Assembly: GCF_018350175.1 (NCBI RefSeq)
Contig: NC_058369.1
Coordinates: forward strand, 26,290,001-26,354,000
Reading direction: 5' to 3'
Source of the DNA: Felis catus
Lineage: Eukaryota
Length of the DNA: 64,000 nucleotides
This document shows, piece after piece, positions 10,264-20,985 of the stretch. The notes beneath the pieces were generated by a model. The model saw nothing but the letters and a program-made list of their open reading frames with translations, searched no databases and was not told the origin of the DNA. Each line of letters opens with the position of its first letter. The stretch's first letter is position 1. Both the position numbers and the translations under genes were made by a program.

Positions 10264-13244
10264 GTGCTTGCTGGGTCCCATAGTTGTCTTTGATCTCCAT
10301 AAATCAATAAAAAGTTGGAATTGAGAAGGAGGTGAGAAGGGACTACTCTGTAAGTGATGACTTACTGTTTTTACTCAGAGATTTTCTCAAACCACTCATG
10401 GTTTGTAAAAGCTAGCTATAAGAGAAACTGGCTGGTTGTCTTTTTCATGTTGAGCCCTGGAGGAGATGCCAGAAAGAATGAGTCTTCTAATAAAAGCATG
10501 GGTTACCCTCATATTAGGAAATTCTCTCTTGGATAATTGAGAGGTGGCCTTGCTTGTACTAGGTCACAAGTGGAAGGAAGTACAAAAGTACTAAGATAGC
10601 AGGCCAAATTGTACTAGCACTTTCCACATAGGGGCATTGTAAGACTGCAATTTATGTAATGTTTGATTGCTACAGAAAGATATACCCATCTTAAGCAATT
10701 TCAGCCTAATGTACTGGAAAATTGCTTAACAGATTTTTATATTCTATTAGAAACATTTCCATATTGGTGAGATGCCACTCATTTCTTTTTCTGAGCAGCA
10801 AATCTTGAGTAGCAACGGGAAGAAAGCCTCACCACAGCCACCATTCATCTTGTAGACCCGACCTGTGTATTCATCTAGAAGAAGAAATTGCTAAATGCAC
10901 ACTGGTACCTCTTAGGTAACCACAGGTTTTCATTTTGTGCTGAATTATTAGTCATTTTTCTTTTATGTTCTTAGAGTATGATTCACAGACCCAATTTACT
11001 CCCAAAGAAAATTGCTATTAAATTGTATCTACTAAGTTTTTATATTAAAACTTACTCTACCAAGGGTTGACTGTCACTCTGAGCAGCTGTAGCACTCTGA
11101 ATGCCTCATGTGTTGGCATAATTTATTAACCAGCTCTATCTGAGCAGAATGGGAGTGCTGTGAAATTACTCTTGGGCTGCACTTCAGTATCTCCAGGGTC
11201 CCAGATGTTTCACTTTCTTTGTTCTTGGCTTGCCTTCATTTGGATTACAAACACAGCAGACACAAGAATTCTCAACATCTTCAGAGAAATTTTGGGTTGG
11301 GGCAAAATCAACTAGAAGAAACCATTTAAGTTCAAAATCATAAGAAAACCCAAAACTAATGTTGACACTATGTAAATAGAACAGGATTAATAGGAGGCAC
11401 CACAAACAGGCAATTTCTAGGCCACAATCAATTTCCAGGGTGGTTTTTAGCTGTAACAGTTCATATGACCTTCTAAACCCTGGGCAAAATTCCTCCATGA
11501 TGTGATGGAAAATATCAACACGTAAGGGAAATAAAAATGATCCTATCTGAGTTTGATCAAATTTTGTTGTTTTTTATACAGGTCATCAATATTCAAAGAA
11601 ATGCAATAATTTTGAGTTGGGAGGCAATGCTGCTTAAGAAGCACTGAGTTTTTCACAAGCTTCTATGATTTGATTGTAGAGCAGTTGCCAGGTCTAGAAG
11701 CATCCTCAGTAAAGCATCCTCATTTCTTTCCCTGCTAGCCTGAGTAGTTGTGCATGGGGCAAAAACCAAGGTACCACAGAAGTCACTAGCTTTACCTGGC
11801 CTGAGACCAGAAGCGAAGCTGATTTGATTTAGATCAGCCCTGGCCTGGGAAAGGTTTCCCCACATTCAGCCTGAGCCACTCCAAAAGCTGTCACAGGGTT
11901 TGGGGCCTGGTTTCCAGACAATAGGGACCCACTTATGTCTAGGATCCTCAGGGGATCACTGACAAGGTACTGATATGGGCAGATGAAAATGAAATTATAA
12001 AGCTCACCATAGTATTAATTCTGAGGGGCTTACTTCAGGCAAGAATTTCCAGAGAAAGGGAAAGTCTGACTGAGAGTCTCTGGCTTCATTCCATCAAATA
12101 TCTGATTTCTTGTTTCAGTTTCCTTTTCCTAGTGAGGAAAACTTAGACAAAGTTGTTATTTTACAACCTCTGCAATTCAGCTGAATATTATTTTTTTCGT
12201 GATCATACAAGTAAAATACCTTCATTAGAGACATTTTGAAAAAAACCAGAAAAGCATAAAATGGAAGGCATCATGATCCCACTTCCCTAGAGCCCTCAGT
12301 TCATATTTTGTTCCCTTGTTATTTTTCTATATAAGCATTTTTTAAAATTGGGATCATACAAAAAATACATATTTTTTTTCACTTACTATCGCATCAAGAT
12401 CACTTCCCAACATCATTAAAAGCCTTTGATAATCTGATTTTTAATCATTACAAAATATTCTATTTATGATTGTACCATGATTTGTCCAATTCGTTATTGT
12501 TAGGTATTTATCCTTTCTTGCTGTTTATTTTCACTGATCTCTTGATTATTTCCTTAGGATACCCTCTTAAAGGTGTAATTACTGAGTGAGAACTTTTTTA
12601 AAGCCCTTGATATGTATTGTCAAATTCTAGCCCCTTCCACCAGGTAAGGTACCTATTACATGGTAAGTACTCCATAAATTATTGTTGAATGGATAAATGC
12701 CTTTCAGAAAGGTCGGACCGATTTATGCTCCCACCAGCATTATTTGAGAAGAGTCTTGTCTTAGTCGGTCCACATCATGACAGGAATAATGATTAAAGCA
12801 GAATTTTGGTTTCTGTGATTCTGGCAATGAAATAATCCATTTACCTTAAAAAAAAAAAAGTGGAACTAAAAAGTTGACTCATCCCTAAATCATATCTGGT
12901 TGCCTTTTAATAGACTGCTGCTTTTAAACACGCTGAGACAAAAATGGAATGCAGGAAGAATTCTGATTATATTAGGACCGAATCATGAAGTTCTTTTTTC
13001 CCTTTTCACATGTTCAGTCTGTCGTGGCTACTTGCCCAACAATCTCTATAAGCTCAAGATTTGGAGAGGGTATTCTTTAGATACTATGGAGGCCTTTGCT
13101 GTCATGTCCCATTATGGTGGTGGTATGGTGGTGGTGGGGTTACCAAGAACTTTTAAGTTCTTGTCTGAAATATAGAAATGTAGGGGAGGCAAATTTAAGA
13201 GTTAGAAACTCCCCATTCTGTGAACTGTAGGGGAAGGAAGTTAA

Positions 13245-13420
13245 CTAATATCGTTGAGCAAAATGTGCCAAGCCCCATCCTGTCTTACTGCATTCCACAT
13301 CCCAACCTTTCCATACAGGTATTATTATCTCCATTTTGCAGATAGGGAGCTGAGGCTCAGAGAGGTTGGGTAACTTATTCAAGGTCACACAGCTGGTAAA
13401 TACCAGAGCCCTGGAGATCC
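13245..13420 (-). mobile_element. MIR (similar remnants near 9560-9700, 22570-22700, 33230-33390, 40260-40450, 44370-44500)
   Basis: CCATTTTGCAGATAGGGAGCTGAGGCTCAGAGAGGTT..CAAGGTCACACAGCT core. Confidence 0.8.
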
Positions 13421-13689
13421 TGGTCATCTGGTTCCATGTCTGTCTCCACTGTCTGGGGATGCAGCCCTGGGAAAGAGCAGTGTGGGTGGGATTTCTGGGG
13501 GGGGGGGGGGGGGGGGGGGGAGTGCCAGAATTGTGGTCTAGGGTTCAGAAAGACTGTGGAGACTAATTTGGAGCTGAAAAGTTGATCTCAAAGTTCTCCA
13601 GCTCTGGGTTTGAGATTCTTGGAGCCAGTACAGTGGCACTGAAAACCCCAAGTCTACAGCATCTTGGTTGAGGGTTCTCAGGGTTGAAG

Positions 13690-14130
13690 GCTGCTACAAA
13701 GCCAAAATGCAGCCAAGTAAATCTGAAGTGCTAATAGGCATTATTAAGTGATTCATGAATCATGCAGCATCTCATCTAGTAAGTAGAAAGAGGCTCTCAG
13801 GAATTGTACAAAATGGATGGTTTTTATAGGAAGGATGGTGGGGCAGGAAGGTTATTAGCAAAAGAAAGGATTATTTCAGTAAGGTGACTTTCCCTTAGAG
13901 GAAGAGCAGGGGGTCTTATGCAAATTACCTTATCTTCCTTTGGGGGGATGGATTAGGTCTGTGTGACAGATTACTTCACTGGTGCTGGCCAGAAAATTCC
14001 TGACTGACGGTTAAAACTACATTTCTGGGGGAGGTTGAAACTGCAGTTAGGTTGGGGGGTTAGCCCTGGGTTTGGGGATGTGGTTTAGCATAAGTGACTC
14101 CATTAGGGGCCTATGGTTTTCTTTTTGATA
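13690..14130 (-). mobile_element. Probable ERV1-class solo LTR (MER31/MER67-like)
   Basis: Reverse complement begins AAAAGAAAACCATAGGCCCCTAATGGAGTCACTTATGCTAA, resembling that LTR group; family assigned from memory. Confidence 0.5.
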
Positions 14131-14836
14131 AGGCTTTGTGGCTGGGGACAAAGGTGGAGGTTGGAGTCCCGGATGGAGGCCCAGTTTTTAGGATCCCCAG
14201 TTCAAAGAGCTCAGGTCTAAGGGTCCTGGAGTCCAAAGGCTCCAACTGTGGGGTCCAATTCTGAGGACCCAGCTCTTAGGTTCTTGGGTCTGAAAAGCTA
14301 GGATAGGTTCAGTAAAACCTGGATTTTCTGGGTTTCTGGATCTGTAGGGCTCCGACTGAGGGGCTCACCCTGAGGCCCCTTTTCTGAATCCTAGGATACT
14401 TGAGCCCGGGAGGCCTGGGTGGGAGAGGTACAGCTCTAAAGATCTCAAGTCTGGCATTCCCAGCTTCTGAGGCCCTAAAGTGAGAAGCCCAACACTGCCA
14501 GGCATGGTTTGGCAATCTTTGGCCTGAGGGTTCCTGGATCGCAGGGCTCAGGAAGCGGTGTCTTCGGATCTGAGGATCTCCGGAGGTGATGGCTTAGGGG
14601 TGGAATGTCCCGGGTCTGAGGCCGGTCCTAAGGGTACTGGGTCCGCGAGCGGATGCGCGGAGCTTGAAAAACAGGGGTCGAGGGCAGAGGTGACTGTGGT
14701 AGGTTGGCGCTAGGACCCCGCGGGAGGCGGTGGCGAGAAGGGCGGCCGGTGTTGACAGCGGCGGCGGGGAGGCCGGCGCTAGGACCCCGCGGGCGCGACG
14801 GGTGGCGGCGGCGCGTGGGGCGGCGCGTGTTGACAG

Positions 14837-14860
14837 CGGCGGCGGCGGCGGCGGCGGCGG
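14837..14860 (+). repeat. (CGG)8 trinucleotide repeat upstream of the PXK ATG
   Basis: Direct reading. Confidence 0.95.
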
Positions 14861-14937
14861 AGCCGGGCGGGCGGCGGGAGTCGGCGCCTCTGGTTCCTGC
14901 CCCTGGTGTCGAGGTGGTGGCGGACGAGCGTCCCGGG

Positions 14938-15039
14938 ATGGCCTTCATGGAGAAGCCGCCGGCCGGCAAGGTGCTGCTGGACGACACGGTGCCGCTGACA
15001 GCAGCCATCGAGGCGAGCCAGAGCCTGCAGTCCCACACG
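14938..15039 (+). CDS. PXK: PXK exon 1 coding part (MAFMEKPPAGKVLLDDTVPLTAAIEASQSLQSHT)
   Basis: GGGATGG strong Kozak context; matches the PXK N-terminus; GTGCGC donor at 15040; 102 nt. Confidence 0.95.
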
Positions 15040-18000
15040 GTGCGCGGCCCGCCGGTTGGGCGGGCGGCGCGGGGCGGCCCCGGGCCGCGAGAGGGCTTCG
15101 GGCGCGGGCCGGACAGGGTCTCCCGGGCGGGGACCGGGGCCAGGGGTGGGCGGCCCAGGCCAGGAGGGCAGTGGCGTGGCGGCGGTTCTGGGTCAGGGGC
15201 CCCGGGGCCCAGGTGAACTCTGAGGTCTGCTGGGGTCTCGGGTGGGAGATCGCAGCCCCCTGGGCCAAGCTGGACAAGGGGCTCAGCGGTGCCGCTCCGA
15301 GTTGTAGGTGTTGGATTACCGGGCCCACCTTGGACTGGCGGAGTAAAGGGATCACTCGGGACCCTCTCTTCCACTTCTGCCCGCCGCCAGCCTTCTCCTT
15401 AGGGCCGCTGAGTTTCTCTGGCTTCAGCTGGGGATCTGAGTGGTGAGGATGAGGATGCATGTGCCTGACCAAATGGAAGTATGACTTTAGAGCCTACTTG
15501 TTGGGATAGCAGAATATAAGTGGTTGGCGTCTGCAGCCCCAGTTTCTAGGCAGCTACTTGGCCTAAGCACCGGGAAATGGTGAGAGAGGCAGTCTGGGGT
15601 CCTGCTGAGGCAGGTGTACGAGTGTGCTGCTTCCCTCCTGTAACCTGCTCTTTAGTGGGCAGTGGTAGCATTCGTTTGAGTTTAAAATCCACTGGAGTGG
15701 CATAAAGGAGTAATAGGTCCTCATAGTAAACACTATTTCTGTTACATATACTGTCTTTTATAGGTCTTTAAAACCAGGGTTGTTTTCATTTGCCTGTACC
15801 TTTTTTTTGAAAAGCATACTGCATTATAATTTACAAGCAATAAACCTAGGAACCAGCAAGAAAACGAGCTGCTAGCCAGTGGAACTTTGGGGAATAATGG
15901 GGAGAGAGAGATTCCTTAAATTGTAATGTTTTTGTCAGGTCACCAAATCAGATTCCGGCTCAGAGGCTTGTTTGTTTACCATTGCAGTGTGTTTGGGGTT
16001 CATCATCTGGAGGCTAAAGCCCCACAATAGCCTTCTGTTTCTCTTTTTGTTCAAGCTGTTCTGGTGACTTCAAAGAGATCTTTTATTCTGTTGTATTAAA
16101 GTGGGACTTTTTGAACCTCAGTTTCCTCTTCCGACAGCCATGCTTTGTAGGGTTTGGATTGTTCAAAGTGTTTATTTCCAGTTAGTGAAATGGTTGTATT
16201 TTTAAAAAGTGCGTTTTATTTTGTTGTGCATATCTTTAATCCTGTTTTACAGACTCGTGAGAAGGCACTGTATAGGTCAGAATTTGTACCCTCTGTAATT
16301 TATGCTGAAGGGAGTATAGGTTAAGGGTCGAAATTTAGGGCAAGTAGTCAAGAATAAATTATGCTATTAAATTAGGTTTTTCACTTGACTCTTGGCAAGT
16401 AAAGCTTATAAACTTTCAGGGAGTAGGGTTAGTGTTTTATGTTTATTTTGTGCTGAAAGTAAAGAGATGCTTATATAAATGCTCACAGATCACTTCTTCC
16501 AGGAAGCATTCCATGAAGGCCACTGCCCCAAGCCCTGTGCTCCCCTCCACCTTACCCTAGATCAGCTTATTCTGTAATTACTTTTTTAGTTTTCCTCTCC
16601 TCCAGGTTATGAGAGGAGGGATACTTGCTTATTTTTGGGTCCCAGTCCCCGGTATCTGATAGGATTTCGTATGTGTTTGTTGAATGAATAAATAAATGAA
16701 TTGCAACATTACTTTGCCTCTTTTTTGTTTGTGTAAAATGGTAGTGGTGAAAATTGGAACAACATGGCATCTGAGGTGCTAAGTTAAGGGGTCAGTGCTT
16801 CAGCAAGGTGAAAGATGTAATAGGATTCCATTTTTATTGCAGAGCTTTGCTTTAAGAAATAAAATAATTTAGAGAATGGGAGTTCCTATAATGATGACTG
16901 AACACAAAAGACAATGACTCACAGGAGACCCATAGAGGCAGATGTGGTGGAGTAAAAAAAAAACTGTAACATTGTCTTGCGTAATTTTTGACTGTTCTGT
17001 GTTCTTGTCCTTTTAGCTGTAGAATTGCAGACTGAGAAATGTTGCATCAGCCCTGAACTTTATTGAGAAAATCATATGCTGATGCAGACTTTCTGGATCA
17101 TTATGAGTAAGGCCCTTTAAAGCAGGAACTGTTGGAAATTATGTTGGAAAGTAGTTGTTAATGGTGGTATATGAGAGAAAAGAGCATTGTTTTCTATTGG
17201 GAAAGTTGAAGGTGGCTTTCCTGCTTGTTAGCTGAAGGGAGATGGTGTCCCAGAAGCCAGAGGGCTATCCTCTCTTTGAAAGGCTGAATATCTAGGAAGT
17301 AGCTCCTTGGCTGTAGGATAGAAACACACAGAGAGTATATAGTAGATGGCCTTTGAGTTGGAAGAGGCAAGACCTTAATATGGTTTTGGGCAGATACTAG
17401 TTGGTTGGGCAAGTCAGAAAAGTAAACTTCTTGATGTTTAGTTTATTGTTCTAAAGGGGGTAATAAATGCCTGTTCTGCCTGCCTTCCAAGGTTATTACA
17501 AAGATCAAATGAAATAGTTATGAAGTATTTGTGCATTTCTTTTCTTCTGTCTATTTACTCCTTGGCAAAATAATATCCAAAGGATTAAACACATTAAAAT
17601 GTTATTATTGTAAATCAGCTCATTTCTGTCCATAGTTCCTTTCATTTATCAAGGTTGTTTAACTTTGGGAAACAGAATTTATAGCAGAAAATTTTAGGTT
17701 GCATATGATTTAAAATTTATGGACTTGGGAGGGGAAAATTCTGTGGATTAGAAAATAGAGATGCCAGGATGAAAGGAATACAAGGTCACCATCAGAAAGT
17801 CATATTGGGATGAGAAATTGGCAGAAAGGGCACCACGGACTGGTAGATGATTCTGTTCCTGACTGTGGTTTGAATGATTTTATCTTCACTTTTATGGAGC
17901 ACAATGAATTTGGCTTCAGGAAATAGACCAGGCCTCTGCTGCAAGGAAATGAAACTTACATAAAATCAGAAGGGATTGTACTTAGGGAGGATGCTTTCCG

Positions 18001-19486
18001 CCTGGGATAGGAGGAAAGGGAAGGATTTTCCAAACAAAAGGAATTCGAATAAAAAGCCACACAGGTGAATTATGGGAAAGTTTGCAGGGACTAAGAGAAG
18101 ACAAGGGAAATGTAGAAGTTCTTGGCTATGGGAAAGGGAAAACTTTTAAAATCAATGGACTGAAAAACTGCTTACCTAGCTGAAATAGAAACCAGAGGAA
18201 CCCGACAGTTTTGGAGAGGGTTGTTATCAAATATGCTGGTCAATATGCTGTAGTGTGATAGTGCGTCATCTCAGTTTTCTCCTTTTAAAATACTCTCTGT
18301 GAGGTTCATCTGAATCAGGGCCCATTTCCTCCGCAGTTGGTGCACTTTGTTCTTCAGAAACAAAAGATAATTTTAGTGATATTTGAGGCATAACATTTTA
18401 AAAAACCTGTGGGAAAGATAATATTACATGTTGAGCTCTTTACTGAGAATCTTTACTCTCCTTGACCCTTTGACTTTTGGAAACTATTCCTGAAGAGTTT
18501 ATTTATTCAACAGTACTCATTAATACAACAAAAATGTGCTGAGTGCCTACTGCGTGCCAGGCACATGCTGGAGATCTGGTGTTCAGCTAGACAGCTCCTG
18601 CTTTCACGGAGCTTTTGTTCTATAGGATTCCGAGGTCTTCCGTTTTCCAAGGTATAGACAAGTCAGAGTCTTTACCTGTCATAACACAGATGGTTTTGAA
18701 GTTCCTTTTGTGACTTGCATTATTGAGCCTCAGCTTTTTAAGCAGTGACCTATTTTATAGTCTTTTAAACTCTATTCATACATCATCAGAATACCTATTC
18801 AAATGTGATGCCAAATTAGCAGACCTCATTGCTTTCTGAGCTTGACATTTTAAGGCAATCCAGTGCTCAGTATCAGGATCTATCTGGGCTTCCTTTTGGA
18901 ATACTATTTGGATGTTTCTTTACAATTCCAAGTTATACTGAATACTTAAAAAAAAATTCCTTGAAGATACTCGCATAGGTAAATGCAGACTACATGGTAG
19001 TTAACTTGCAGCACTTTTTCATATTATAATAAGATAATAAGAGTTATTTTCTTGGAATCTAATCACTTGTCTTCTACTTGGTTATATATTTTTCACCACT
19101 TGTCTTTGAAACTTGTGATAGATGCAGTTGCAAAAGTCTGAGTTGGAACCTTTTAGATAATGGTAATTAGTTAATTTAGAGATTGTAAGTAAACTGTTCC
19201 TATTGAAGAAGTCAATTTTTTGCAGCGTGATTTAGGGGCTGGTAATACTTAATCCCCATTTATCATCTCTTTTGAGAATTATCCCCCTAGCAAGATTTCT
19301 TGTAGTAGGAATACAAATAAGAAGCCAGCTATAGTTATTTGGAAGAAACATAGGATTCTGGGGCTGAAATTTATTTTATGAGAAAAGAGCTTATGTGTTT
19401 TGTTCCTTAGGGGATTATTGTAACTATCCACCCCTGTGTACACAGCTTCCATATGAATTGTGATCTTAAGATTGTTCAAAATAAAG

Positions 19487-19938
19487 AGGCCTCTGGGTAG
19501 CTCAGTCGGTTAAGCGTCCAACTTCGGCTCAGGTCATGATCCTGTGGTTTTGGGTTCGAGCCCCATGTTGGGTTCTGTGCTGACCAGCTCAGAGCCAGGA
19601 GCCTGCTTCTGATTCTGTGTCTCCCTCTCTCTCTGCCCCTCCCCACTCAGGGTCTGTCTCTCTCTCTCTCTAAGATAAATAATAAAAACATTTAAAAAAG
19701 AGTTCAAAATATAGATTTTTTTGTTTTCTTTTTTCTAAGTTTATTTTTACTTATTTTGAGAAAGGTACAGAGAGCAAGCAGGGGAGGGTCAGAGAGAGAA
19801 GGAGACGATTCCAAGCAGGCTCCATGCTGTCAGCGCAGAGCCTGATGCAGGGCTCGAACTCATGAAACCATGAGATCATGGCTTAAGCCAAGACCAAGAA
19901 GATTTTGACGCTCAACCGACTAAGCCACCCAGGTGCTC
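19487..19938. mobile_element. Tail-to-tail pair of Can-SINEs (+ about 19487-19701; - about 19718-19938)
   Basis: Opposite-orientation consensus copies with overlapping TSDs. Confidence 0.88.
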
Positions 19939-20659
19939 CAAAATATAGATTGTTGATTGATGATCTAAATGGGTTCATTTGGGCCAACTAAAACAAACCT
20001 GTTTTCTACTGCAAGCAGGTAGTGGTTCCTTTTCAAGCTCACAGAGGTTTCTAAGCAGCTTCCCATGAAATGAGACTCCTTTATGTTCTAGTTTTTGGCA
20101 TCCTGGAGACAGGAGAGCTGGGGTCGAGCATGGTTTTAGAACTCAGAAGTGCTTGAGTGTGTGGGAGTGTTGTAGAAGGCAGGGTAATAGATTTTTTCCA
20201 TTGCTTTTTCACCTTAACTGGAAGTCATCCTTGTCAGTGACTTCTCTCACGCGTAATATGCACATAGTAAGGGAAATTAAGGTATGGCTGTCTTCAGAGG
20301 AGAAGACAGGGCCCTTCATTTTCAGCTTGAAACTTTTGACTAAGGACTAAGGGGCAAGCATTTGGGGGTAAACACTTGGACTTCTAGAGGGGAAGAGTTT
20401 GTGCAGATTGACCATTTAGTCTCCAGCTGATCTTGCTAACTACCAAATTTGGGATGAGCCTGGTCATTTCCCACTGAAGAGTAAGCTATCAAGTGTTTCC
20501 TCTTCGTAAAAGAGTACAGAGTAAGGGGAACTGCATTGCTACTGCTACCGTTGTCTTCAAATAATGAGTAGTTATTTTTTGGTGGCTAAGAGGGTGCTTC
20601 TATTAACATAGTGTTAGTTTGAGGAATCCATTGCAACAGGAGTGTTCCAGAAAAAAATT

Positions 20660-20985
20660 TTTTTCTTTTTAAGTAGGCTTCATACTCAGCATGGGGCCCA
20701 ATGCAGGGCCTAAACTCACGACCCTGAGATCAAGACCTGAGCTGAGGTCAAGAGTTGGACAGTTAACCAACTGACCCACCCAGGTGCCCCAATTTTTTTA
20801 AAATTTTATTTATTTTGAGGGGGGGGGGGTGCAGAGAGAGAAAGAGAGAATGAATCCCAAGCAGGCTCTGTGCTGTAAGCTCAGAGCCCAACATGGAGCT
20901 TGAATCCATGAGCCATGAGATCATGACCTGAGCCAAAACCATGAGTCAGGTGCTTAACCGATTGAGCCACTCAGGCAGCCCCCCA
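20660..20985 (-). mobile_element. Two tandem minus-strand Can-SINEs
   Basis: Two reverse heads ending CACCCAGGTGCCCC and CACTCAGGCAGCCCC. Confidence 0.8.

Larger units (their letters stand above)
14540..15400. promoter_or_regulatory. PXK: CpG island / PXK promoter, exon 1 and start of intron 1
   Basis: Abrupt very high GC and CpG density with several GGGCGG GC boxes around the first coding exon; boundaries approximate. Confidence 0.9.

Noticed and set aside
10058..10324. Lys/Arg/Glu- or Phe/Leu-rich ORFs (also 34099-34362, 53151-53623, 62988-63312)
   Set aside because: Translations of microsatellites
11184..11498. 104-aa minus-strand ORF with Cys cluster
   Set aside because: No recognisable domain or exon context; length compatible with chance
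14628..15472. Long overlapping ORFs on both strands in the CpG island
   Set aside because: Stop-codon scarcity in GC-rich DNA; low-complexity Pro/Arg/Gly/Ala products
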